DNA of 64,000 bases. Source: Squalus acanthias. Lineage: Eukaryota. Position 1 is the stretch's first letter. The number at the start of each line of letters is the position of its first letter. Both the position numbers and the translations under genes were made by a program. Below are positions 1 to 13,419 of the stretch, piece by piece. The DNA lies in the NCBI GenBank assembly GCA_030390025.1, contig CM059431.1, positions 152,460,001 through 152,524,000 on the forward strand. The letters run 5' to 3'. The notes under the pieces were generated by a model. That model had not been told where the DNA came from, did no database searches, and saw only the letters and a list, made by a program, of their open reading frames with translations.

Positions 1-99
1 AGCTGGGAGAGGTGGTAGTGGTTCTGTCGATGTTTGGATAGAATCTCACTCTGCATGGTTTCGATGTTTCTTGTAATGGCAAAGCTATCAAGTACATTC

Positions 100-3000
100 C
101 TCTAATTGCTCAGTACCAGAAATGACATAACCGTGAAAGCGGACGTGAGCAAGATGAGGAGCGGCGGCATAAAAGCAGCGATAGAAAAGATCCTGGGGCG
201 GAGCAGACCGGAGCAGCAGCGGCATATTTATTCGGGTAATTCAAAAACAACAACAAATTATCAAGGAGTGACGTCACCGGACAGCAGGTAGGTGATTGGT
301 TGGTGAGTTTTACAGTTTATTTTGCTCTCAGCCAGCGAAGTGGGTTCAACCTATAACTTGAACTAGATTTAGTAAGTATTTAAAAACTAAATCATGAGCT
401 AAGTTAATTGAATGCATAAACATTAATTAATTAAATAACTAAAACGAGGTTATATAGTGATGGCAGTGCGGGTGATATGGTGCAACTGCACCATGTGGTA
501 TGTTTGTGTCGAGAATCGCGATTCCTGATGACCACGTTTGCAGTTAGTGCCTGAACCTCGAGGAACTTCTTCTCAGAGTTGTTGAACGAGGTGCAGACAT
601 TGCGAGGCATCAGGGCGGGGGAGAGTTACCTGGACACTTTGATCCAGGGGGCAGTCACACCCCTTCGGTTAGGTAGTGGAACAGGCCTGGTTAGTGGTCA
701 GGGACAGGAGGGTGTGACTGCGACTCAGGCAGGTAAGGTGACCCCAGGTGCAGTGCTGGAGGAGCCTCGGCTTAGTACGTATTCAGCAGGTATGAGGTTC
801 TTGCTGCCTGTGTGGATGAGGGCAAAATCTGCAGTATGGATGAGCAAACTGACCACGGCACCTTGGCATAGGAGGCCATTCCAGTGGGACGAGTGAAAAT
901 GAATGTAGTTGTGGTAGAGGACAGCATAGTCAGGGGGAGAAATACTGTTTTCTGCAGCCAGGACCGGTGTTCCGAAGGCTCTGTTGCCTGTCAGGTTTAA
1001 GGATACCTCCCCGCAGCTGGATAAATATTTGTAGTGGGAGGGGGAGGATCCAGTGGTCGTATTCCACGTCGGAACCACAGACATACGTCGAACTAGGAAT
1101 GAGGTTCTGCTGAGAGAGCTTGAGGAGCGAGCATACAATTTAAAACGCAGGACCTCAAAAGTAATCATTTCTGGATTGTGACCTCATCCACGTGCAAATT
1201 GCCACCGTGATAAGCAGAACTGAGAGTTAAATGTTTTGCTGGAAGAATGGTTTGGGAGGAAAAGGTTTCGATTCATGGGCACTGGCACCAGTACTGGAGA
1301 AAGAGTGAGCTGCTCCATATTGAAGGGGCTCCATTAAACCGGGCTGGGACATGTATCCTGTTGAAGCAAATAACTTGACTGTTCATAGGGCTTTCAACTA
1401 AAATTCAAGGCATTGGAGCAGTGTATCGATTTGGATAAAGATAAGCAGAGTGTGACAGGAAGGAACAGAGAGCTTAATGGTAATAGTGCATCAGCGAATA
1501 AGGAGAAAGCAGGGAATAATGGTAAGAAAGCTAAAAGTAAAGGCTGTTTATCTGAATGCACGAAGCATTCGTAACAAGGGATCTATAAGAAATGAAACCA
1601 GACTAAATATAAACGAAACAGGAACGCAGAACCTAGGAAGGAACAAACTAAGGTAGGTCATAGACTCTAGGTAATAAATAGAGTTATAGATATAGGGAGT
1701 AAAAATATGGTTGAAAATAAAGTGACAAGAACTGCTATTAAACATGAGTTAAACTCTCTGTAGAGCAATACACACTCTGTCCTAACAAAACAGGGGAACT
1801 GGAGGCAATATTATGTTGCGATGAACCAGATATTGTAGGGAATACTTTGCCATGGCTAGAGAAAGCAGGACTGGGAATTAAACATTGCAGGGCATAACAT
1901 ATTTAGAAAAGAAAGAGTGGGCAAAATAGGAAGTGGGTTCGCTGTGCTTATTAGAGATAACATAATGGCAGTAAAAACATGACAGAGTTATCAGTTAGAC
2001 AGAAATAGAATCCACGTGGATAGAGATAAAAGATAATGAAGGTTCATTCACACTAATAGAGGTAGTCTATAGACCACTAATGTTGGAAGAAGAAGAGATG
2101 ATTGAAGAAATATGGAAAAAAGTTTGATAAATTAGTAAAAAAAAGAATATTAATGGGAAATTTAAACTGCCCCGAAATTAATTGTGCAGAAGAGGTAGGT
2201 AAAGGGGATAGGGGAATGGAGTTGCGACTATGTTCAAATGATTCCTTTCTAACCCAATATGTAAGAAGCCGAAAAGGGAGGATTAGCGATTGGATCGAGT
2301 AATGGGGAATGAACCAGAGCAGATAAGAGAAGAAAAAGTGGGGCAGCATCTAGGTAACAGTGACCATAATATAATACTCTTTCAGCTAATAATTGAGAAG
2401 GACATAAGTATGATGACGATCAAGGTAACAGATTGGAGAAAATGCGATTGTGAGGGGCTGAGAATAGAACTTGGAAAATAAAATGTACAGCAATATTGGC
2501 AAGCAATGATGTAGAACAACAATGGGAAACATTTAAAACGGTATTCAGCAGAGTGCAGGAAAATATATTCCACTAAAAATCAAGAACAAGCTAAACACTA
2601 ATGAGACGCCATGGATGAATAAAGGCAAAATAAAAAAAAATGAGGATAAAAAAAGAGGCAAACACTAAGAAAATGGACAATAGGTGAGATAATGGCAAGG
2701 AAGAATACAAAGAGATAGGAGATAAGTCAAAAAAAGTAGGAATGCAAAGGGGAACTATGCGATTAAATTTGCAAGGAACATAAAACAATGTAATAAAATA
2801 TTCTGCAGGCACATAAATAAAAAAGGAAATTCGAGATGGGAATAGGGCCGTTAAGGAACGGCCAGTATTAAATCACAGGCAGCGATAGCGAAATGCCAGA
2901 AATATTATGTACTTACTTTATTTCTGTATTTACCAGGGAGACGGTCAGGTAGACGTGACATCGGAAGATGAGATTAGAAATGATATAACCGCATTTAAAA

Positions 3001-4640
3001 TTTAAAAGGAGAAATATTAAATCAACTAATCAAACTCAAACAGGATAAATGCGCTGCTCCAGCCGAATTACATCCACGCATTTTAAAGGAATCTAGGGAA
3101 GCGATAGCAGAGGCACTATTACACATATTTAATAATTCGTTCGAAAAAGGTATAGTGCAAAAGGACTGGTGGATTGCTAACGTAATACCTATATTTAAGA
3201 AGGGATATGGAACTAATCCGTGGGACTATAGTTAATTCAGCTTAACATCGGTGGAAGGAAAATTAATGGAATCCCTACTAAAGGAAAACAATAGAAGAAC
3301 ATCTCGAATCCAAAAATCTAATCATGAATAGTCAGCATGCGTTTCAAATCAAAATGTCTTGTTGGACCACATTATTTGAATTCTTTGAAGAGGTAACATA
3401 GAGCGTAGACAAGCTTTGAGTAGTTGATGTAATTTATCAAGATTTCAAAAAAGTCTTCGATAAAGAACTACATGACAGATTAATGAAAAATGTCAGAGAA
3501 TGCAGAGTCAGGTTACAAGTAGCAGAATGGATAGCGAGCTGGTTTCAAGACAGAAATCAGAGAATATGGGTAAAGATTAGCTATACGGAGCGGCAGAATG
3601 TGGAAAGTGGGTTCACACAATGTTCAGGGCATGGGACCATGTTTGTTCATAATTTATGTTAACAATTTAGACTTTGGAATCAAAAGCTCCATTTCTAAAT
3701 TGTCGGATGTCACCAAATTGGTGGGGGTGGGGGGCTGTGATAGTCAGTACTGAGGAGGACTGCAACAAATTACAAGAAGACATTAATAAACTTGCAGAAT
3801 GGGCATATAATTGGCAAATGAATTTAAACACAGAAAAATGGGAGGTATTACATTTTGGTCAGTAAAATAAGGAGGTCACATATTATCTAATAAGAATCTA
3901 AATGGGATAGAAGAGCATAGCGATCTTGGATTACACATACACTAATCACTGAAACTAGCAACACTGGTTTACAAAAGCTAGCGACGCATAAAAAAGCAAA
4001 CCAAGCACTAGGGTTTATTTCAAGAAGGATATCATTGAAAAGTAGAGCATTATGCTAAACCTGTATCTAACCTTAGTAATACCACACTTGGAGAACAGTG
4101 TACAATGCTGGACTCCATATTATTAAAAAGATTTAGAGGCACTGGAGAGGGTGCAAAAAAGATTTACAAGGATGATAGAAGAATTGCGAGGATATACCTA
4201 TCAGGAAAGTATGAACAGACTGAGTCTCTTTTCTATTGAAAAGAGAAAGCTGAGAGGTGACCTAATAGAGGGCTTTAAAATATGGAAAGGTTTTGATCCA
4301 GAGTAGACTCAGAGAGAATGTTTCCACTGGTGGGGAAGAGCAAAACTAAAGGCCGTCAATATAAGATAGTCACCAAGAAATCAAATACGAAATTCATAAG
4401 AAAGTTATTACCAATAGAATGTGAGGATGTGAACCTCGCTACCACAGGGAGTGGTTCTAGCAAACAGTATAGACACATTTGAAAGGAGGCTAGATAAGCA
4501 TATGAGGGAGAAGGAAATATAGAGTTGTGCTGATAGAGGTAGATGAGGAAAGATGAGAGGAGGCTCGAGTGGAGCTTAAACGCCGACATGGACTGGTTTG
4601 GCGAATTTCCTGTTTCTGTGCTGTATATCCTAAGTAAAAC
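100..4640 (+). mobile_element. Degenerate near full-length CR1 LINE (ORF1 zinc finger/esterase remnant, ORF2 EN-RT remnant)
   Basis: ORF1-like remnants from ~460 (Cys-rich start, VVGDS/HVGTTD-like esterase motifs) and ORF2 remnants (YLNARSIRNK, SDHN, LAEWAYNWQM) broken by many stops and frameshifts; CR1-type 3' end near 4640. Confidence 0.85.
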
Positions 4641-6921
4641 GCTTTCATCTCCAAGAGACAGCAACCAATTAAGTATCTTAACTACACTTACCTGACTTGC
4701 ACTAGATGCGAATTGATGCCAGGATGAGATTTTTGGCGAGTTGTGCCCAGGTGATTTACGTTAAGACGGAACGGGACAGAATAGAAAGAAGCAGACTGCT
4801 GCCATTATTTGAGGGATCTGGAACTAACAACTATAGATTAAAAAATGTACCGAAGAGATTTAGAACGGATGTTCGGAGACTTCTCTTTAAATGGAGAGTG
4901 GTGAAGCTGTGAAATTAACAGAGGCAGAAATTATGTCAATATTGGAGACTAATTGTACAGATGGATGAACAAAAATAGGTTGAAGTGATGTTGAGACCGG
5001 CGGATAAAGTGATTGGAACAATTTGATCGGCTGAAGGGTAAACGCTGAGTAGGTCTGATTGGGTTAAACAGTTGTTTCCCCTCTCATAACATTCCACCAT
5101 TTTGTTGACCAGTTGAGATTTTCAGTAAATATCTGTGAACAAAGATGTATAATGTCACATTGACGGGTCAAGTTCCTACTGTCTCCATCATTAGACACTG
5201 ATCAGGAGACAGGGCCCCGTTCTATTGGTCCAGGAGACAATGGGGGGCGGAGTCTGATGGGGAGTCCAGCGCCTGCAACATTCAAACCAAGATTACAGAT
5301 TTACAAATAAGCATGATTTCAAAACCCTTAAATATGTCCAAACTAAAGGAATGTCTATCTGTTAATTAAACTGAGCGTCTCCTTCCAGTAGCTGCTGTGT
5401 GAGGCAGTTAACGCTGACGCACACATGTTCTACTCCACTGTTGAATCTCAATCATGACGGTTCTCTTTGAATCTTGAGCGGGAAGGGCGCTGTTTTAGCG
5501 GGAATCGATTATGTTCACACGGGGAAAGAAGCAGACATCAAACACCCGGCACAAATTGGGAACTATATTTCCTGAAAACTGCTCATTTTCACAAGAACAA
5601 TCCGCTTTTGTCCCAAGGGAAAAATTGCCATTCTAAAACGGAACACCGGCTGTAATTGAGCTCTAGTTAGGACAGGAAGCTATGCTTTAATTCTTCATTT
5701 ATTAACCAATATCAGAATCAATGTCCAAGGAGATTTCACCATCCTCACCAACTCTTGCCTGAATTTGGTTTGTGTCGCTGCATAAATGCAGGTGTTTGTG
5801 CAGGAACTCAAATACATGAGCATATATCCACTTTCAGACAGGATGTAAGCAGGGTTTTCAAACTCACCTTTGTAATAAACGGCCAGGCTGTCAGTGATGA
5901 AGCTAATGGCAGATGTGAACCACAACAGTATAAAACTGCCCGATACAGTGAACAGTAAAATGATGGATTTCCTCCGGCTCTCCATCTCTGGATCGCTCTG
6001 ATTCTCATTGCAGTGACCCCGGAGTCGCCTGCGAGCCCTACTGCTTACTACAATTCGTCTGACTGTCAAACAATTAAACAGTAATATCAAAGCAACAGCA
6101 AACCATGGAACTAAAATACTTTGAATGCGGTAATAGGCTATGGCTGCAGGCGATGAATAAAAGGCTTCGTTGGCGCGGCATCCCCAGGAAACATTGTTAA
6201 TGATTCGTTGAGATTAATAAGAGAAAGCAAAGGGGATATTCTCTATACAGGCCAGCACAAGGACTGTTGTTAAAACAGCTGGCGCAGTTCTCACTGTGCA
6301 ATACTTTGTTTTAAACTTCTGACAGCATATAGTTACAAATCGGTCAAAAGTGAAAAAGATTGTAAACCACACCGACATATCCAGGGTGACGGTATTGATG
6401 TAATGAATGGACTTACAGACGGCAGTGTAGGACAGGAATGAATGCGGAAAGTGGTTACAGAAAATCTGAAACACCAGTATATGGAAGATGATGACCAGTA
6501 GATCTGCTGTCGCCATGGCCACCATGTAGACCGAGATACATTTGGAAAGGCCACAATTTCCTCTGGAGAGAATCAGGATTGTCAGTAGGTTCGCTGTAAG
6601 GAAGAGGCAGAAGAGGTCAGTAACGGGGATACTCAGATAAATCTCACAGCATATTGTGGGGAAATGCTCAGATGTGTCCCTACTTGGCGTCACGTACACT
6701 GATTTGTTGCCATATAGGCGAGTGCTGAGGAGATTTGATTTAAAAGGAAAGAAACATTGAAGATTCAGTATGGAGTGACTCAAAATCCGAATCCCTTCCA
6801 CCATACTTCAGACAGTGGCTAAATATAATTTCGCAGCAATTGCTGGAAATATATGGATCAATAAAACATTCAGCTTTTGTGTGGAGGTAGCTGCAGTCCG
6901 AGCAATTACCAACTTAAAATA

Positions 6922-7151
6922 TGAGAAGTCGCATAACACCAGGTTTTAGTGCAACAGTTTTATTTGAAATCACAAGCTTTCGGAGCGCTGCTCCTTCGTC
7001 AGGTGAAGTAAAGGGCCTTGACTTCACCTGACGAAGGAGCAGCGCTCCGAAAGCTTGTGCTTTCAAATAAAACTGTTGGACTATAACCTGGTGTTGTGCA
7101 ACTTCTCACATTTGTCCACCCCAGTCCAACACCGGCATCTCCACATCATGG
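6922..7151. mobile_element. Palindromic Penelope-like terminal-repeat remnant in the GPCR intron
   Basis: ~90-bp inverted arms; 12-bp direct repeat CAACTTAAAATA at 6910-6921 and 7152-7163; single (empty) site in the paralogous intron at ~41984-41995. Confidence 0.75.
7025..7059 (+). ncRNA. Minimal type I hammerhead ribozyme motif (mirror copy on minus strand at 6970-7006)
   Basis: CAC-CTGACGA-A-GGAGC(AGC)GCTCC-GAAA-G-CTT-GTG: conserved cores, stem I CAC/GTG, stem II, palindromic AGCT helix III. Confidence 0.7.
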
Positions 7152-7628
7152 CAACTTAAAATAGACAGGGAACCACGGTACAAATGAAGTGATTACTAGG
7201 GACACTAAGCAACACATTCTGTACTGGACTATGTACTGTTGGAGGGGCCGGGGAATCACCCTCGCCTCAGTGTAGAGAGGGAGTTTGAGTGCCCCGTGCC
7301 CAAGATCTACCGGACAGAATAGCGCCTAACCGGCAGGGCGAACAGGTAGGATTCCCGCTGATATTCACCAAATTATCCCGGTGGATAAGTGACTCTGCAA
7401 TGAGACCCATCACGGAATCAGTTACATAATCATTAACAGTGAGATCGTCATCAGCTATTAAACAACAGGATGCATTGACTTACCGAGAACACCAAAGACA
7501 ACGAGAAAATGATAGTATATGTCCTTTATCTGTAGAATTATTGGCCGTGCCATTTTCAGAAGGCTGTGCGACTTCTGTCCTGCTTTACGGTTCCGACTGC
7601 GTGTATCTGAGATCCGTAAATGCTCCCC

Positions 7629-7635
7629 CTTTATA
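7629..7635 (-). promoter_or_regulatory. Candidate TATA box of GPCR copy A
   Basis: TATAAAG ~80 nt upstream of the ATG, conserved in copy B (41521-41527). Confidence 0.5.
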
Positions 7636-9816
7636 GAACAGTCCGTGGCCTGGTGAGAAAATCAGGTGACACAATAATGGATCTTAGTTACAGTCACTTA
7701 ACAAACAAAGGGCGATTTTCCGCTTCAGTGCGCCCGGGCCACAATTGAAAAGTTCAGTCCGTGAAACACCGTCCATTAAATTCAATGAAAGGGAGTTAAT
7801 CCCAGTGGGAATGCGCTCTGCGCCCGCCGAGTGAACCCTAAAGGGAACATCTCTCCAAATCCCTGTGTTAGCTTCTTGGGCCTCACATAATTTGGTGAAA
7901 CATTCTCACATCATTACATAATAAACGCTTCAACTTCACTGTTGTAGAACCTACTGTAACATTACTGTTGATGTCTCTGCTCTAACATTACTGGTAGTGA
8001 CTCTACTCTAACATTACTGGTGGTGACTCTACTCTAACATTACTGGTGGTGACTTTACTCTAACATTACTGGTGGTGACTTTACTCTAACTTTACTGGTG
8101 GTGATTCTACTCTAAATTTACTGGTGGTGACTCTACTCTAACATTACTGGTGATGATTCTACTCTAACATTACTGGTGGTGAATCTACTCTAACATTACT
8201 GGTAGTGACTCTACTCTAACATTACTGGTGGTGACTCTACTCTAACATTAATGCTGGTGACTCTGCTCTAACATTACTGGTTTTAACCCTACTCTAACAT
8301 TACTGGTGGTGATCCTAGTCTAACATTACTGGTGGTGACCCTACTCTAACATTACTGGTGGTGATCCTAGTCTAACATTACTGGTGGTGACCCTACTCTA
8401 ACATTACTGGTGGTGACCCTAGTCTAACATTACTGGTGGTGACACTACTCTAACATTACTGGTGGTGACCCTACTCTAACATTACTGGTGGTGAGTCTAT
8501 TCTAACATTACTGGTGGTGACCCTACTCTAACATTACTGGTGGTGAGTCTATTCTAACATTACTGGTGGTGACCCTACTCTAACATTACTGGTGGTGAGT
8601 CTATTCTAACATTACTGGTTGTAACCCTAGTCTAACATCACTAGTGGTGACTCTGCACTAACATTACTGGTGGTGATCCTAGTCTAACATTGCTGGTGGT
8701 GACATTACTCAAGCATTACTGGTGGTGCCCCTACACTTTCATTACTGGTAGTGCTCCTACTCTAACCTAAGACGTGCTGCCCCTTCACTTAACATTACTG
8801 TGGATGACTATACTCCATCATTACTGGTGGTGACCCTACACGAACATTAATGGTGGTGACCCTACTCTAACATAACTGGTGGTGCCCCTACTCTAACATT
8901 AATGGTGGTGACCCTACTCTAACATAACTGGTGGTGCCCCTACTCTAAGATAACTGGTGGTTCCCCTACTCTAACATTACTGGTGGTGCCCCTACTCTAA
9001 CATTACTGGTGGTGCCCCTACTCTAACATTACTGGTGGTGACCCTACTCTAACATTACTGGTGGTGACCCAACACGAACATTAATGCTGGTGACTCTACT
9101 CTAACATTACGGGTGGTGACCCTACACGAACATTAATGGTGGTGCCGCTACTCTAACATTAAGGATGGTGACTGTGCTCTAACATTACTGGTGGTGACTC
9201 TACTCTAACATTACTGATGGTGATCCTACTCTAACATTACTGGTAGTGACTCTTCTCTAATATTACTGGTGGTGCCCCTACTCTAACATTACTGGTGGTG
9301 TTCCTACTCCAATATTATTGATGATAATCCTGCTAATACATTACTGGTGTTGATTCTACACTAACATGACTGGTGATGACCCGATTCTAACACTACTGGT
9401 GGTGACCCTACACTAAAATTACTGGCATTGAATCTGCTCTATCATTAATTGTGATGCCTCTTCTCTAACATTACTGGTGGTTATCCTACTATAACATTAC
9501 TGGGGGTAATACTAATCTAACGTAACGTGTGGTGACCCTAGTCTAACATTATTTGTTGTTGCATTACTCTAACACTCTAACATTACTGGTGGTGATCTTA
9601 TGATAACATTACTGGTGATGATACTTCTCTGACATTACTGGTGGTGACACTGCATTAACATTACCTGTGCAGACCCTACTCTAACATTACTGGTGTTGAC
9701 CCTACTCTAACCTTACTGGTGGTGACTCTAATCTAACATTTCTGTTTGTGACTCTACTGTAACATTAGAGATTGAAACCCTACATTACCAATACTGGTGG
9801 TGACTCTACTCTTACT

Positions 9817-10880
9817 TACTCCGTCGCCTCCAGTGCAGATCCAAGGTCGTCACATCCTGTGTCATCGAATTACAGTATGCAGACGACGCTTGCGTCTTCG
9901 CACACTCTGAGGCCAAATTCCAAACAGTCAACACCTTCACCGAAGCGTACGAGAGCATGGGCCTTACACTAAACATCCAGAAGACAAACGTCCTCTGCCA
10001 ACTTGCCCCCACCACACAGTACTGCTCCCTGATTATCAAAATCCATGACGAGGCCTTAGACAACGTGAACCACTTTCCATACCAGGGGAGCCTACTGTCA
10101 ACAAGAGTATCTGTCGATGTCAAAGACCAACACTGCCTTCAGTGTGCCAGTGCAGCCTTCGGTCGCCTGAGGAAGAGAGTGTTTGAAGACCAGGGCTTCA
10201 AACCCAGCACCAAGCTCATGGTCTACAGAGCAGTAGTGATACGAGCCCTCCAGAATGCTTCAGAGACATGGACCATGTATTGCAGGCACCTCAAAGCACT
10301 GGAGAGGTACCACCAACGCTGCCTCCGCAAGATCCTGCAAATCCATTGGCAGGATAGGCGCACCAACGTCAGTGTTCTCGCTCAGGCCAACATCCCCAGC
10401 ATCGAAGCTGAGACCACGCTCGCTCAGCTCCGATGGTTGGGTCATATCGTCCGCATGCCCGATACGAGACTCCCAAAACAATCCCTGTACTCGGAGCTTC
10501 GACAGGGCATAAGAGAGCCCCAGGTGGGCAGAGGAAACGCTTCAAGGAGAGTCATAAAGCCTCCTTGAAAATGTGCTACATCCCCACCGACACCTGGGAT
10601 TCGCTTGCCCAAGACCGCACAAAGTGGAGGTGAAGCCTCCGGGAAGGCGCCGAATACCTCGAGTCTCTTCGCCGGGAGCAAGCGGAAGCGAAGCTCAAAC
10701 AGCGGAAGGGGCGCACGTCAACCGAAGCACCCAACCCACCCGTCCATCAACAACCGTCTGCCCCGCCTGTGACATAGACTGTAGGTCCCGCATTGGACTC
10801 ATCAGTCACCTGAGAACTCATTTTTAGTGTGGAAGCAAGTCATCCTCGGTTCCAAGGACTGCCGAAGAAGAGAAGAAGGG
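9817..10880 (+). mobile_element. 5'-truncated RTE-clade (BovB-like) LINE
   Basis: ELQYADD RT motif, ASAAFGRLRKRVF, GGQRKRFK, C-terminal CPAC...SHLRTH zinc finger, (GAA)n-like tail. Confidence 0.85.
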
Positions 10881-11919
10881 ATCAATACTTGTGGTGACTC
10901 TATTCTAAATTGCTGTTTGTGACACTACGCTAACATTGCTGGTGTTGACACTACTCTTTCATTATTGGTGGTGACCATACTCTAACATTACTGGTGTTGA
11001 CTCTACTCTGTCATTACTGGTGGTGAATTTACTCGAACATTAATGGTTCTGACTCTACACTAACAATACTGGTGATGACCCTACTCCAACATTACTGTTG
11101 ATGATTGAACTCTAATGTTACTGGTGGTGACACCACTATAACATTACTGGTCGTGAATCTACTGTAACATGACTTATGATGGCCGTAATCAAACATTACT
11201 GCTGTTGACACTACTCTAACATTACTATTGGTAACCCCACTCTATCATTACATGTTGTAGCTCTACTCTTACACTACTGGTATTGACTCAACTCTAACAT
11301 TACTGGTGGTGACCAGATTCTAACATTACTGCTGCTGACCCTAGTCTAACATTACTGGTGTTGACCACAGCTTAAAATAACTGTTTGTGACTCTACTCTA
11401 GCCTTACCTGTGATCACCCTACTCTAGAATTACTGCTGGTGACTCTACTGGAACATTACTGCTGACGACCAAACTCTAAAATTAATGGTGTTGAGCCTAA
11501 TCTATAATTATTGCAGATTAAACTAATCTAACAATTGTGATGCTGAGTCTACTCTACCATTATTATGATGACCCTATTCCAACATTACTGGTGGTGACCC
11601 TACTCTAACCTTACTGGTTGTGCACCTAATCTAACATTACTGGTGTTGCCCCTACATTAACATTAATGATTGCGACTGTACTCTAACATTAATGATTGTG
11701 CCTCTGCACTAAAATTGTTGTTTCTGACTGTAATCTAATATTCCTGAAGTTGATTCCGCCCTAACATTACTGGTGGTGGCCAAACTCTAAGATTATTATT
11801 GATACCCACACTATAACATTACTGGTGGTGACTCCACTCTAACATTAATGTTGATAAACCCACTATATCATTAGAGTTGGTGACCAAACTATATCATTAC
11901 CGTTGGTCACCTTAATAGA

Positions 11920-12195
11920 AAAACATAGAAACATAGAAACATAGAATCTAGGAGCAGGAGTAGGCCATTCGGCCCGTCGAGCCTGCACCACCATTCAATA
12001 CGATCATGGCTGATCATTCAAATCCAGTACCCTGTCCCTGCTTTAATCCCCACAGTACACATATCCCACCCGACCGCCGTAACCCCACGTATTTAATTCC
12101 CCCTAACATATCCCATCCTATCCCCATAACCCCACATATTTAATCCCCCCCTAACACTAAGGGTCAATTTATCATAGCCAAATCAACCTAACTTA
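11920..12195 (-). mobile_element. 3' fragment of HE1/V-SINE-like SINE with CR1-derived tail
   Basis: Near-identical to 13525-13780; (CATAGAAA)n tail on + strand. Confidence 0.75.
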
Positions 12196-13419
12196 TGTTT
12201 GTGAATCTACACTAGCATTACTTGAGATGACGCTACTGTAACATTTCTGGTTGTGACTCTACTCTAAAATTACTGGTGTAGATCCTACTATAATTTTAAA
12301 GCGTGTCACCATACTCTAATTTTGTATCTCTACATGAACATTACTGGTGGTGACTCGACTCTAACAATGCTGTTTGTGACCCTACTCTAACATTACTGGT
12401 AGTGACCCTTCTCTAACATTGCTGGTGGAGACTCTACTCTAACATTACTGGTGGTGACACTACTCTAACATTACTGGTGGTGATTGTACTCTAACATTAC
12501 TGGTGGTGACTCTACTCTAACATTACTGGTAGTGACAATACTCTAACATTACTGCTGGTGATCGACTCTAACATTACTGGTAGTGACACTACTCTAACAT
12601 TACTGATGCTGACTTTACTCTGTCATTACTGGTGGTGACACTACTCTAACATTACTGGTTGTGACACTACTCTAACATTACTGGTGGTGACTCTACTCTA
12701 ACATTATTGGTGGTGACATTACTCTAACATTATTTTTGGTGACTCTACTCTAACATTACTGGTAGTGACTCAACTCTAACATTACTTGGAGTGAATTTAC
12801 TCTAACATTTATGTTGGTGAATCTAATTTAACATTACTGGTGGTGACTTGACTCTAACATTACTGGTAGTGACCTACACTAACATTACTGGTGTTGACCC
12901 TACTGTAACATTACTGGTGGTGGCTCTACTATAGCATTACTGGTGGTGACTCTACACTAACATTACTGGTGGTGAATCTACTCTAACGCAACTGGTGGTG
13001 AGACTTATCTAACATTACTGGTTGTGACGATACTCTAACATTACTGGCGGTGGCTCTACACTAACATTACTGGTGGTGACCCTACACTAACACTACTGGT
13101 AGTGACCCTACTCTAACATTACTGTGGGTGAATCTACTCTAACATTACTCTTGGTGAATCTAATTTAACATTACTGGTGGTGACTAGACTCTAACATTAC
13201 TGGTAGTGACCCTACTCTAACATTACTGGTGGTGACCCTACTGGTAGTGACCCTATTCTAACATTACTGGTGGTGACCCTACTCTAACATTACTGGTGGT
13301 GACCCTACTCTAAAATTACTGGTATTGATCCTATTCTAACATTACTGGTGGTGACGCTACTCCAGCATAGCTGGTGATGACGCTACTGTAACATTACTGT
13401 AGGATACGCTACTCTATCA

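Larger units (their letters stand above)
5695..7553 (-). pseudogene. GPR139-like class A GPCR, copy A (2 exons: 7553-7484 and 6593-5695), nonsense codon in exon 2
   Basis: Exon 1 reads MARPIILQIKDIYYHFLVVFGVL and ends G|GTAAGT; acceptor CTTACAG|CG. Exon 2 has ANLLT, MATADL, FTFDRFVTIC and SSCTNTCIY motifs. In-frame TAA at 6216-6214 where the paralog at ~43131 has GAA. Confidence 0.85.

Noticed and set aside
6594..6804. N-terminal part of the 196-aa ORF 6214-6804 as GPCR N-terminus
   Set aside because: Intronic read-through; the real N-terminus is exon 1 at 7553-7484, supported by splice sites and the paralog
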